NCBI GenBank assembly: GCA_046483305.1
Contig: JAWODM010000029.1
Location: 1-52,129, forward strand
Direction of reading: 5' to 3'
Length of the DNA stretch: 52,129 nucleotides
Source: Candidatus Krumholzibacteriales bacterium
GTDB lineage: Bacteria > Krumholzibacteriota > Krumholzibacteriia > Krumholzibacteriales > WJIX01
Each line of letters opens with the position of its first letter. Position 1 is the stretch's first letter. The translations under genes were made by a program, and so were the position numbers. Below, piece by piece: positions 28,405 to 38,148 of the stretch. The notes beneath the pieces were generated by a model. It searched no databases. It was not told the DNA's origin and saw nothing but the letters and a program-made list of their open reading frames with translations.

Positions 28405-31072
28405 CAGCATTAAATCAGCCGGCGAGATCAGAGAATCGTTTATAGATTTCTTCAGGGATAAGGATCACCTGGAATTTCCCAGCGCGCCCCTGGTACCCCC
28501 CAATGATCCGACCCTGCTGTTTACTTCGGCGGGAATGGTCCAGTTCAAGGATTATTACATGAACCCTGACCAGGCGGAACATCCCAGGGCGGTTACCGTT
28601 CAGAAGTGCCTGAGGGCGGGTGACCTCGAGAGCGTGGGAAAGACTCTGCGGCATCATACCTTCTTCGAAATGCTGGGCAATTTCAGTTTCGGTGATTATT
28701 TCAAAAAGGAAGCTATCCAGTGGGCCTGGGAGTACGTAAGAGATATAATAAAGCTTCCGCCTGAAAGAATCTACGTGAGTATATATGAAGACGATGAAGA
28801 AGCATTCACTATCTGGAATCAGGATATAGGCATAGAGAAGGACAGGATATACCGGTTGGGAAAGAAAGACAATTTCTGGGGCCCGGTAGGGGAAACCGGG
28901 ATATGTGGTCCATGCACGGAACTGTATTATGATATGGGCGAAAAGGTTGGCTGCGGCCGGCCCGGATGCGCGCCGGGATGCGACTGCGACAGGTACCTGG
29001 AGTTCTGGAATCTGGTCTTTCCTCAGTACTGGATGAATGAATCGGGTGAGTATGAGGAACTGGAAAAGCCGGGTATAGACACCGGGCTGGGCCTGGAAAG
29101 GCTGGCCACCATCCTTCAGGGAGCGGAAGATAATTATCACTCGGACCTGTTCCTGCCGATAGTGCAGCGGATAAGGGAGATACTTCCATCTTCCGCGGGA
29201 ACGGATCACCCCGGGAAAGCAATGTCCGTAAATATGATCGCCGACCATATCCGCGCTCTCACCTTCGCTCTTGCCGAGGGAATCTACCCCTCCAATGAAG
29301 GACGGGGTTATTGCCTGAGGAGGATTCTCAGGAGGGCCCTCACCAGGATATATATTTTCGGGCTGGAGCAACCCTGCCTCTACAGGGGGGTTGAAACAGT
29401 GGTCAGCCTGATGAAGGATGTATACCCGGAGCTAAAAGAGAGAGAACCTGAAATAGTTAAGGTAATCCGCGCAGAGGAGGAATCCTTCTTCAATACCCTG
29501 CAGAGGGGAAGGGACAGATTTTCATCGCTGGTTGAAAAGGTTAAATCCGCCGGGGAAACTGTAATCAGCGGAGAGGATATATTCGTTTTGTATGATACAT
29601 ATGGATTTCCCTACGAATTGACCGGTTATCTTGCATCCGGTGCGGGATTGGAACTGGATGAAGAGGGTTTTCACAGGGAAATGGAGATTCAGAGGGAGAA
29701 GGCGCAGCAGAGCAGCTGCTTCGATGCCGGAGACCGGGAGAAAGTTCCCATGCGGGAGCTCAGCCGGGGAGAAGATTCGGTATTCACCGGGTACGACACA
29801 CTGGAAGAAGAGGCGGTTCTCAGGAAATTCAGAGAGGCGGATGAGGAGGCTTATCAGGGAGTGGATTGGCAGGGTGCAGGACCAGCTTATGAGATGGTAT
29901 TTGACAGGACTCCTTTTTATGCGGCTGCCGGGGGGCAGGTTGCCGACAGCGGGAGGGTACTGTTCGGAGACCGGGCAGCGGCAGTAAGAGATGTGTTCAG
30001 GAGAGAAGGAAGCATAATTCACCTGGTGGAGTTCGGGGAGGATATAAAGGATCCCGGCTCTCTGCTGGAATCGTGCTCGCCGGTACATCTGGAGGTGGAC
30101 AGGGAAGCCAGGACCCGCACCGCGGCGAACCATACCGCAACCCACCTGCTTCATTCAGCCCTCAAGTCAGTACTGGGAAGGCATGTGGCCCAGGCCGGCT
30201 CCTTCGTCTCGCCCGGCCGTTTCCGATTCGATTTCAATCATTTTGAGGCGATATCGGACAGTGAAAGGTTACAGATTGAGGATCTGGTCAATAAGTGGAT
30301 CAGGGACTGTCTGGAGGTACGTACGGAAATTACCAGCTATTCTGAGGCGGTCCAGAGCGGAGTTACCGCGCTGTTCGGAGAGAAATACGGCACCGGGGTA
30401 AGAGTAGTGAGAACCGGGGATGTCTCCGCGGAGCTATGCGGAGGGACTCATATCGACATAACCGGAAGAATCGGCCTGTTCGTAATTGTCGACGAAAGCA
30501 GCATCGCCGCGGGGGTGAGGCGGATAGAGGGCCTGACCGGGGAGAAAGCGGTAAATTATTTAAGGGAATATCAATCGGTTACATCGGACGCTGCCGAACT
30601 TCTAAGGGTGCCGCATGGTGAGATAAAGTCAAAGATTGAATCTATCCTGGATGAGACCGGCCATCTCAGGAAGAAGATAAAGAAGATTCAGAGCGGTGAT
30701 ATCAGCGGGAGAATCGACAGGATAATCGAACAGGCCGAGCGCATCGACGATATTCTGGTAGCCACGGGAAGGATAGATGTCGATTCAGTTTCAGCGCTGA
30801 GGGACCAGGCGGACAGGTTCAGGAACAAGGTCGGCAGGGGGGTGGCTGTCCTTTCCAGGGCTCCCGGAGAAAAGCTGGAATTCGTAATTGCTGTAACTGA
30901 CAGTTTGATTGACAAGGGTATTGATGCTAATATACTGGTTAAGAGACTGAGCAGGGTATCGGGTGGAGGGGGCGGCGGAAAGAAGCACCTCGCGCAGCTT
31001 GGTACAAGAAACACTGATGTGGAGAAGGCGGTTTTCGCCTCGGTTCCGGAAATAATCAGGGAAATGATCTGA
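28397..31072 (+). CDS. alaS: Alanine--tRNA ligase
   Basis: DPTLLFTSAGMVQFK, HHTFFEMLGNFSFGDYFK, editing NHTATH and ELCGGTH, C-terminal GGGGGGK. Confidence 0.99.
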   Translation: MSDSIKSAGEIRESFIDFFRDKDHLEFPSAPLVPPNDPTLLFTSAGMVQFKDYYMNPDQAEHPRAVTVQKCLRAGDLESVGKTLRHHTFFEMLGNFSFGDYFKKEAIQWAWEYVRDIIKLPPERIYVSIYEDDEEAFTIWNQDIGIEKDRIYRLGKKDNFWGPVGETGICGPCTELYYDMGEKVGCGRPGCAPGCDCDRYLEFWNLVFPQYWMNESGEYEELEKPGIDTGLGLERLATILQGAEDNYHSDLFLPIVQRIREILPSSAGTDHPGKAMSVNMIADHIRALTFALAEGIYPSNEGRGYCLRRILRRALTRIYIFGLEQPCLYRGVETVVSLMKDVYPELKEREPEIVKVIRAEEESFFNTLQRGRDRFSSLVEKVKSAGETVISGEDIFVLYDTYGFPYELTGYLASGAGLELDEEGFHREMEIQREKAQQSSCFDAGDREKVPMRELSRGEDSVFTGYDTLEEEAVLRKFREADEEAYQGVDWQGAGPAYEMVFDRTPFYAAAGGQVADSGRVLFGDRAAAVRDVFRREGSIIHLVEFGEDIKDPGSLLESCSPVHLEVDREARTRTAANHTATHLLHSALKSVLGRHVAQAGSFVSPGRFRFDFNHFEAISDSERLQIEDLVNKWIRDCLEVRTEITSYSEAVQSGVTALFGEKYGTGVRVVRTGDVSAELCGGTHIDITGRIGLFVIVDESSIAAGVRRIEGLTGEKAVNYLREYQSVTSDAAELLRVPHGEIKSKIESILDETGHLRKKIKKIQSGDISGRIDRIIEQAERIDDILVATGRIDVDSVSALRDQADRFRNKVGRGVAVLSRAPGEKLEFVIAVTDSLIDKGIDANILVKRLSRVSGGGGGGKKHLAQLGTRNTDVEKAVFASVPEIIREMI

Positions 31073-32545
31073 ATGAAGAATAATATCAGAATAAGGATGA
31101 CCGTATTGATTGCCGTACTCCTGCTGATCCCGCAATTCCCGGCCCTTCGTGGACAGGTCGATATCGAGAATGACCCCGAACTGGATACCAGGATGGATGA
31201 AAAGGAAAGAGAGCGGGAACGTTCGGGAAGGGATTTCTTCCGGGAGCAGATGGCTGATCTGGAAAAGGCCATAGACCCGTCACTTTACGTACTCGGCCCA
31301 TACGATCAGATCCAGATAAGCATTTTCGGGACGGAATCCAGATCTTTCGACCTGATTGTTCTTCCGGAGGGGAACGTTTTCCTTCCCGGGATCGGTTCGG
31401 TTAAAGCCGACGGCCTGACCATTGAAGAGTTCCGCGAAAGAGTTTATGACGTTCTGGATGAATATTTTCACGACATCGAGATTCACTCCCACCTCCTGGT
31501 TCCCAGAACTTTCAAGGTTTTTGTTACCGGGGCGGTAAAAGAGCCCGGAGCTGTATCTGTAACCGCGGTAGACAGAGTTTCGGATGCGGTGAGGAAGGCG
31601 GGGGGAATTACCGCCGACGGTTCCCGCAGAAGGGTGAAGGTGCAGAGGGGAGACACTGTTTTGACGGTGGATCTCTTCAGCGTAATTGTGAGCGGCGATA
31701 TGGAAGAAAATCTTTTTCTTTCAAGCGGCGATGCAGTGCATGTTCCGCCTGCCGAGAGGATGGTCACAGTCAGCGGCCCGGTCAGAAGGCCGGGGACACT
31801 GGAATCGATACCGGGTGAGAGCATAAGGGATATCATCAGGCTTGCCGGTGGAATGCGGGGGGAAGCGGTGAGGGATTCGATACTCCTGAGCAGGGCCGGC
31901 CAGGCGCAGAATTTCAGTACCTTCAACGTGACCAGGAAGAATCTTGACATGGAGGTCAGGGATCTGGATGTCATTAATGTCCACGACAGATTCAGTTCCT
32001 CGGACCGGGTTTTCGTTTTCGGGGCGGTGAATAATCCCGGGAGATTTTACATATCCAAAAGGGAAAAACTGTCAGACCTGTTAGCGAGAGTGGGAGGCTT
32101 CCAGAATGAAGCGGACCTCAGGGGGGCATCGATAGAACGGAGAAATAAGGAATACATCAGGCTGGATCTTTCAAAATATATCAACAAGAGCGAAGAGATC
32201 GACATCAGAATGAGAGACGGGGACAAACTTTATGTTCCCCGGGTGCAGCAGGTTGTGGCGGTAGGAGGGGAAGTAAAGACTCCGGGCAGTTTCGAGTATC
32301 AGGGATATCTTACCGTCGCGCATTACGTAGGGCTTGCCGGAGGCCCCACCGAACGGGGAAGTATGTCCCGTATCAAGATATATTCACCGGACGGCTCAGT
32401 GAGAGATGCCGACAGGAATACCTATCCGACCAGAGGCGATGTAATAATAGTGCAGAAATCGAGAACCAGGGTAATCGGCGATTTCTTCGGCGGAGTTCTT
32501 AATATGGCGGCCATAGTGGTATCGATTCTGGTTCTTACAAGATAA
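31073..32545 (+). CDS. Polysaccharide export protein with SLBB domains (Wza/KpsD-like)
   Basis: Signal peptide, YVLGPYDQI, repeated VxVxGxVxxPG...AGG SLBB motifs, C-terminal helix. Confidence 0.88.
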   Translation: MKNNIRIRMTVLIAVLLLIPQFPALRGQVDIENDPELDTRMDEKERERERSGRDFFREQMADLEKAIDPSLYVLGPYDQIQISIFGTESRSFDLIVLPEGNVFLPGIGSVKADGLTIEEFRERVYDVLDEYFHDIEIHSHLLVPRTFKVFVTGAVKEPGAVSVTAVDRVSDAVRKAGGITADGSRRRVKVQRGDTVLTVDLFSVIVSGDMEENLFLSSGDAVHVPPAERMVTVSGPVRRPGTLESIPGESIRDIIRLAGGMRGEAVRDSILLSRAGQAQNFSTFNVTRKNLDMEVRDLDVINVHDRFSSSDRVFVFGAVNNPGRFYISKREKLSDLLARVGGFQNEADLRGASIERRNKEYIRLDLSKYINKSEEIDIRMRDGDKLYVPRVQQVVAVGGEVKTPGSFEYQGYLTVAHYVGLAGGPTERGSMSRIKIYSPDGSVRDADRNTYPTRGDVIIVQKSRTRVIGDFFGGVLNMAAIVVSILVLTR

Positions 32546-32561
32546 AGGCGGGGCAGGCGGT

Positions 32562-33152
32562 ATGTCTGATAATCTGCTGGAGCAGGCCAGAAATGAAATA
32601 AACCAGCTCAGGTCCGTTCTGGAATCGTTTCCGGAAAGCTCTATGAAGACTGTTATTGAGATGGCGCGCATCGCCGCGGAGGCGATCGGGGGAGGGAATG
32701 TCGTGTTTACCTGTGGAAACGGCGGGAGCGCGGCCGACGCTCAGCATATCGCCGGAGAACTGGTCGGCCGTTTCAGAAGGAAGAAGATACATGGTTATAA
32801 GTCGATAGCTCTTACCACCAACAGTTCGGTAGTAACCGCCCTGGCCAATGATTTTTCATACGATGAGATATTTTCAAAGCAGCTGGAAAGCATGGGGGAG
32901 AAGGGGGATGTCCTCCTCTCTCTTTCAACCAGCGGAAATTCGCCAAATACGGTGAGGGCGGCTGAACAGGCGGGGATTATCGGTATGACCACTCTCGCCT
33001 TCGTGGGAAGAAAGAACGGCCTTCTGGGCGATATCTCGGATTATGTTCTTAAGGTGAACCACCAGGATTTTGCCAGGATTCAGGAAACACATATTCTCAT
33101 GGGCCACATCTTCTGCGGGCTGGTCGAAGAGATAGTTGTTTCAGGGAGCTGA
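32562..33152 (+). CDS. gmhA: Phosphoheptose isomerase (SIS domain)
   Basis: CGNGGSAADAQHIAGELVGRF, ANDFSYDEIF, STSGNSPN, ARIQETH. Confidence 0.95.
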   Translation: MSDNLLEQARNEINQLRSVLESFPESSMKTVIEMARIAAEAIGGGNVVFTCGNGGSAADAQHIAGELVGRFRRKKIHGYKSIALTTNSSVVTALANDFSYDEIFSKQLESMGEKGDVLLSLSTSGNSPNTVRAAEQAGIIGMTTLAFVGRKNGLLGDISDYVLKVNHQDFARIQETHILMGHIFCGLVEEIVVSGS

Positions 33153-33180
33153 TTATTCCGCCTGTTTCAAGGAAGTTTAT

Positions 33181-34347
33181 ATGCCGTCTATCCTACAGTT
33201 CTGCGCGGTGGATTATACAGCTTATTTTCTGCTCAGGCCCCTCGGCCGGGGGTTAAGAGAGGCCGGTTACCAGGTCACCTTCTGCTGTTCTCCGGGGAGG
33301 GGGCTCGAACTGCTGTCTGAGGAAGGGTTCAGGGTCAGGGGTATAAGGGTCTCCAGGAACTACAATCTCTTCTCGCATCTGATATCATTCTTCAGGTTAT
33401 ACTCATATCTGAAGAGCGAGAATTTCGATGTTGTCCATACTCATACACCGGTTGCTTCCCTGATTGGACGCCTGGCGGCCAGGCTGGCCGGGATAGGAAC
33501 AGTGGTTTACACCGCCCATGGATTTTATTTTCATGAAGGTATGAGCGGAGCAGCCAGGAAATTATATATTTTCCTGGAGAAAATGGGGGGACGGTTTTCC
33601 GATCTTATTTTCGTGCAGAGCATGGAAGATTACCGGGATGCCGAGAGTGAGGGAATTGCACCGGCGGAAAAACTGGTTCATATAGGAAACGGCGTCAACC
33701 CGAGTCTGTTCGGGGACGAGAAACACCTGAGCGAAAGGGATGTTCTCAGGGAGGAATTCGGCATTACTGATCAACCGGTGGTAGGTTTTGTGGGAAGGAT
33801 AGTAAGGGAGAAGGGGGTTTTCGACCTGATAAGGGCTGCCGCGGAGGTGAAGAAGGATTTTAATAATGTGAAGTTCCTGCTGATCGGAGAGGAACTCGAG
33901 AGCGGAAGGTGCGGATGCCGGCCGGAGCTGGAAAAGATCATCGGGGAAAATGGACTCTCCCGGAATGTAATCCTCACCGGAAAGAGAGAGGATGTGCCCG
34001 CTGTTCTTACCCTGCTGGACCTGTTTGTGCTGCCCAGTTACCGGGAGGGAATGCCGAGATCGGTTCTGGAAGCGATGGCTTCTTCCCTGCCGGTGGTTGC
34101 TTCTGATATAAGGGGATGCAGGGAAGAGGTGATTGCCGGGGAAACCGGGTTGCTGGTTCCGCCGGGCGATTTCCGCGCTCTCGCTTCGGCTATCCGGACC
34201 ATTCTTGGAAATCCGCGGCTGGCAAGTTCAATGGGAAAAAAGGGCAGGGAGATGGTTTTGAAGAGGCATGACGAGAGAGTAATCGTAGATAACCAGGTAA
34301 AACATATTAACAGGCTGGCAGGTACCGGGAACAGGGCTCAATCATGA
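33181..34347 (+). CDS. GT4 glycosyltransferase
   Basis: VHTHTP, YTAHGFYF, FVGRIVREKG, LPSYREGMPRSVLEAMA; likely start ATG 33181. Confidence 0.93.
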   Translation: MPSILQFCAVDYTAYFLLRPLGRGLREAGYQVTFCCSPGRGLELLSEEGFRVRGIRVSRNYNLFSHLISFFRLYSYLKSENFDVVHTHTPVASLIGRLAARLAGIGTVVYTAHGFYFHEGMSGAARKLYIFLEKMGGRFSDLIFVQSMEDYRDAESEGIAPAEKLVHIGNGVNPSLFGDEKHLSERDVLREEFGITDQPVVGFVGRIVREKGVFDLIRAAAEVKKDFNNVKFLLIGEELESGRCGCRPELEKIIGENGLSRNVILTGKREDVPAVLTLLDLFVLPSYREGMPRSVLEAMASSLPVVASDIRGCREEVIAGETGLLVPPGDFRALASAIRTILGNPRLASSMGKKGREMVLKRHDERVIVDNQVKHINRLAGTGNRAQS

Positions 34348-36824
34348 TTCTTGAAACATCACTTTTTATATTATCCTTTGCGATATCGTATCTGCTTACC
34401 AGAGCTGTTCTGAAGATATCCCTGGATCGAAAGATGTACGATGTGCCTGATCACCGCTCCTCTCATCACATACCGAAACCGAGGCTGGGCGGGATTGCCA
34501 TAGTTATGACCTTTTATGTTTGCTCCGTCGTTCTCGCCATATCCGGCAGGAAGATTTTTCCGTCGGCGTCGGAAGCGGTGGGGGTCTATTCAGGGGGAAT
34601 AGTGGTCGCCGCTACGGGCTTTATCGATGATATAAGAGGCCTGGACGCCCGGTTCAAGCTGGGCGCTCAATTCGCCGCGGCCAGTATAGTTATTTTATCG
34701 GGGGTAGTGCTTCGGGAGTTTCGCCTTCCCTTCATAGGCTCCCTGAGCCTGGGAGCGCTTTCGGTTCCGGCCACCTACCTCTGGATAATGTGCATAATAA
34801 ATTTTTATAATTTTGTCGACGGTATCGACGGCCTGGCGGCGGGCGTGGGAGTAATCGGTTCCCTGTTTATCGCTTTCATGTCCAAATCGTCGGCGCTGCC
34901 GGGGCTCGCTCTGCTCTACGCCATTATTGCCGGGAGCGGGTTCGGCTTTCTCAGGTATAATTTTCCACCCGCCAAGATATTCATGGGTGATACGGGCAGC
35001 ACCTTCCTGGGCTTTCTGTTCGCGTCTCTGGCGGTGATATCGAACGGATGGGGAGTGCCGGCCTTCGTAACCGTACTGGTTCTGGGATCTGTTTTTGTTG
35101 ATGCATTCCTTACCCTGTTCCGCAGGATTCTGAAGAGGGAGAAGATTCTCTCGCCCCACCGGACTCACTACTATCAGAGGCTTACATCCATAGGTTTCTC
35201 TCATAAACAGGTTACGCTCCTGGAATACCTGATAACCGCGTCTCTGGGAGTGAGCGCTATCTTCTTCCTGACCGGTGACAGAATATTCATAACTGTTTTT
35301 TCGGTATTCTGGGTGCTGTTCTTCCTGCTGGTGCTGATAAAGATCCGGAGTATGGAGAAAGGGAAATCGCTGTTCTGGGAGGGCCGGACCCTGATGATCG
35401 CTATCGGCGATTTCTTCCTGATCGCCGCCAGTTATGTGCTGAGTTATTATCTCAGGCTGAATTTCTCATTTCCGGAGGCGGAGACATCATCGATGCTGAT
35501 ATCGCTGCCCATAGTTCTTATAATCAGGACCATAGTATTCTATTACACCGGCCTTTACCGCGCTGTCTGGAGATATGTAACCTTCGACGATCTGATATCT
35601 ATTGTAAAGGCGGTGTCCTTCAGCACTCTGATCATAATAGTCCTTTTTACCATGTTCTTCAGGTTCGAGTCTTTTCCCCGTTCGGTTTTCCTTATAGATC
35701 TGTTCATACTCACGGTGTTTATTTCCGGTTCGAGGGTGGTAACCAGGTGGTTTCTGGAGCTGCCCAAGCATGAGAGCATATCGGCAACCAGGGTGGCTAT
35801 AGTAGGAACGGGGGTGACGCCGGAAGCGGTTCTTCAGAAGATAAAGAGGTCCAGGGATCTGCAGCCGGTGGGGTATCTGGATCAGAGAAAAAGGATGCAG
35901 GGGCGGATAGTGGGCGGGCTGAAGGTACTGGGCACTCTGGATGACGCCCCCCGGATAATAAAGGATTTTCAAATTGAGCAATTCATTCTTATGGATTCAT
36001 ACCTGGACAGAATTCCCGGCGAACTGCTGGAGAGGATAAAAGAAGAGGGAGCCGGTATTAATGTGATATCAGGCCCGGATGATATTGATGAAGACCATTT
36101 CACCGGTTTCGAACAATTCCCATTCAAGGACAGGTCCGTAATGGTAATCAGCGGGAGGGGCCTGAGCAGGTATGCCGGTTCACTGTTCTCCCGGTCTTCC
36201 AGGCTGGTGCTGTCGGTTGATTCAGAGAGCGCCCGGGGGCTGGCAGGCAGAACCGACAAAATGGCTTTTGCCTATTTCGGGATAACCCGTTCGGAACATA
36301 TTTTGAGCGGAATCATGGAAGAACACGGTGTCGACAGTGTTATATTCGAATTCTCTGCCGATCTTTCCCATTTCGAAAACCGGTTATACGCTTATTTCAA
36401 AAGCGCCTATACCCCTTTGAAAAAAGTTGCGTCTGCTGTGGCTGACCGGGACGGGGCCGGACTGATTATCATAACTGACGGCGACAGAAGCTTCGGGAAG
36501 GTCATGGATGCTGCCTATTCCGTTACCGAAGCAGCGGTACTTGATATATTCAGCCGTGATCCGGCCCGGCTGTTTATTATCAGAAGCGGCAACGGGCGGT
36601 CTCCGGGCTGGTACAGAGAAACCCTCCTTGAGATTCAGGATGCGGAGGGCGGAATATACCGGAAGGGGATCAGCGGCCAGGGGCTTGAACCTGTGGATGC
36701 CGGAAGAAGATTAAGTCTGTCAGGGCGTTTAATATCAGCGGTTGAGGAAGAAGTTGAAGGGGAAAATTATGATCGGCTGGCCGGCATTCTGGAGGATGCC
36801 GCAGCCGGGATTGAACGGTCCTGA
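34344..36824 (+). CDS. Fusion: WecA/TagO-type polyprenyl-P HexNAc-1-P transferase + CapD/PglF-like membrane and Rossmann domains + degenerate SDR-like tail
   Basis: RSSHHIPKPRLGG, GFIDD, NFVDGIDGL, NFPPAKIFMGDTGS, HYYQRL; then GLYRAVWRYVTFDDL, FPRSVFLID, VGYLD..GLKVLG typical of CapD N-termini. Confidence 0.8.
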   Translation: MILETSLFILSFAISYLLTRAVLKISLDRKMYDVPDHRSSHHIPKPRLGGIAIVMTFYVCSVVLAISGRKIFPSASEAVGVYSGGIVVAATGFIDDIRGLDARFKLGAQFAAASIVILSGVVLREFRLPFIGSLSLGALSVPATYLWIMCIINFYNFVDGIDGLAAGVGVIGSLFIAFMSKSSALPGLALLYAIIAGSGFGFLRYNFPPAKIFMGDTGSTFLGFLFASLAVISNGWGVPAFVTVLVLGSVFVDAFLTLFRRILKREKILSPHRTHYYQRLTSIGFSHKQVTLLEYLITASLGVSAIFFLTGDRIFITVFSVFWVLFFLLVLIKIRSMEKGKSLFWEGRTLMIAIGDFFLIAASYVLSYYLRLNFSFPEAETSSMLISLPIVLIIRTIVFYYTGLYRAVWRYVTFDDLISIVKAVSFSTLIIIVLFTMFFRFESFPRSVFLIDLFILTVFISGSRVVTRWFLELPKHESISATRVAIVGTGVTPEAVLQKIKRSRDLQPVGYLDQRKRMQGRIVGGLKVLGTLDDAPRIIKDFQIEQFILMDSYLDRIPGELLERIKEEGAGINVISGPDDIDEDHFTGFEQFPFKDRSVMVISGRGLSRYAGSLFSRSSRLVLSVDSESARGLAGRTDKMAFAYFGITRSEHILSGIMEEHGVDSVIFEFSADLSHFENRLYAYFKSAYTPLKKVASAVADRDGAGLIIITDGDRSFGKVMDAAYSVTEAAVLDIFSRDPARLFIIRSGNGRSPGWYRETLLEIQDAEGGIYRKGISGQGLEPVDAGRRLSLSGRLISAVEEEVEGENYDRLAGILEDAAAGIERS

Positions 36825-38043
36825 CTATTTCAGCCGGGAGAGAATTTTGACAGAAAAAGCTTTCTATATTGTGATTGGCCTGTTTCTGGCCTCATCTCTT
36901 TTTTCAATAGCTCTGGAGCAGACCACCTATGCGCTGGCTCTGATTCTCTGGTTGATTATGATAATCAGGGGCGGGGGTGAAAAACCGGGGCGGACCGTTC
37001 TGGATATACCCCTGGCCGTATTTGTGGCGGCAACTCTCCTGGCGGCCGCTTTCAGCGATGATCCGGCCGGTTCCCTTCGAGCCACCCGCAATTATCTGAT
37101 GATTCCTGTAATTTATCTGATCGGTTTTTCGATCAGGAGAAGAGAGGCCGCCAGGAAACTGGGGGTAATATTTCTTGCAGCCGCCGCTGTCAGCGCACTC
37201 TGCGGTATAATCATCTTTGTATTGAGCGAGGGGGACGGAGGATTGAAGAGAGCCGCCGGAACTTTTTCGATGCCCCTTACCTTCGGCGGCATTATGATGC
37301 TTGCATGTTCGATCTTTTTTCCCCTGTCGATGAAAGCCGGGAGCCGGCCCGCCATCAGGGCGTTATTAGTTGCCGGGACTCTGCTTACCGCTTCCGCGCT
37401 GTTCCTCAGTTTTACCAGGAGTTCATGGCTGGGGATGCTGTTATCGGCACTCATATCGATCTTTCTGCTGAGAAGAAAACTGATCCTGCCGTTCGCGGCT
37501 GCGGTTGTTATTTTCATACTGGTCCTGCCGGGAGAATACAGAAGCAGGGTGACCAGCATCTGGGACCCTGACTATCCTTCAAACAGGCAGAGAATAGAGC
37601 TGATCAAAGGAGGCTGGGGTATTTTCCGCGATAATTTTCTTTTCGGAACAGGGCCGGGAGATCTTGCCAGAGAGTACGAAGAACATATGCCCAGGGGCGC
37701 CGAAGTGATACACGGACACATGCATAACACCTTTCTGCATATAGCGGCGACAAGAGGAATTATTGGGCTGCTGGCCTTTCTGTGGTTTGTAGTATCAGTC
37801 TACCGCCTGCTGATATCAGTATTCAGAATGGACCTTCCCTCCCCTGAAAATGGCTGGGTGGCGGGTTCGATAGGCGCATTCACGGGGTTTCTGATTAACG
37901 GCCTGTTCGAATGGAATTTCGGGGACGCCGAGGTAATCACCGTTCTTTACATTATAATAGGTTCGATTATCCTGCTTGAGACTCCGGGCCGCGGAGGAGA
38001 AAAAGGCGGCAGAATGGACTTTGCCGGTAATAATTTGTCTTGA
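36811..38043 (+). CDS. O-antigen ligase/polymerase (Wzy_C) family protein
   Basis: Multi-TM; RAAGTF, LSFTRSSWLG, SNRQRIEL, FGTGPG, HMHNTFLH. Start uncertain (36742-36811). Confidence 0.85.
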   Translation: MNGPDYFSRERILTEKAFYIVIGLFLASSLFSIALEQTTYALALILWLIMIIRGGGEKPGRTVLDIPLAVFVAATLLAAAFSDDPAGSLRATRNYLMIPVIYLIGFSIRRREAARKLGVIFLAAAAVSALCGIIIFVLSEGDGGLKRAAGTFSMPLTFGGIMMLACSIFFPLSMKAGSRPAIRALLVAGTLLTASALFLSFTRSSWLGMLLSALISIFLLRRKLILPFAAAVVIFILVLPGEYRSRVTSIWDPDYPSNRQRIELIKGGWGIFRDNFLFGTGPGDLAREYEEHMPRGAEVIHGHMHNTFLHIAATRGIIGLLAFLWFVVSVYRLLISVFRMDLPSPENGWVAGSIGAFTGFLINGLFEWNFGDAEVITVLYIIIGSIILLETPGRGGEKGGRMDFAGNNLS

Positions 38044-38148
38044 TTTCTTGATATTCTTGCGTATATATAAACTTAGGCAGTAAATATAATAAACGCGCTT
38101 TTTTGGCCGGTAAGGCATGTCTTATTGAAGAATATCCAAGGAGGAGCG

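Noticed and set aside
28415..29371. Long antisense ORFs opposite alaS and other conserved genes
   Set aside because: Shadow ORFs from codon bias, with no protein motifs.
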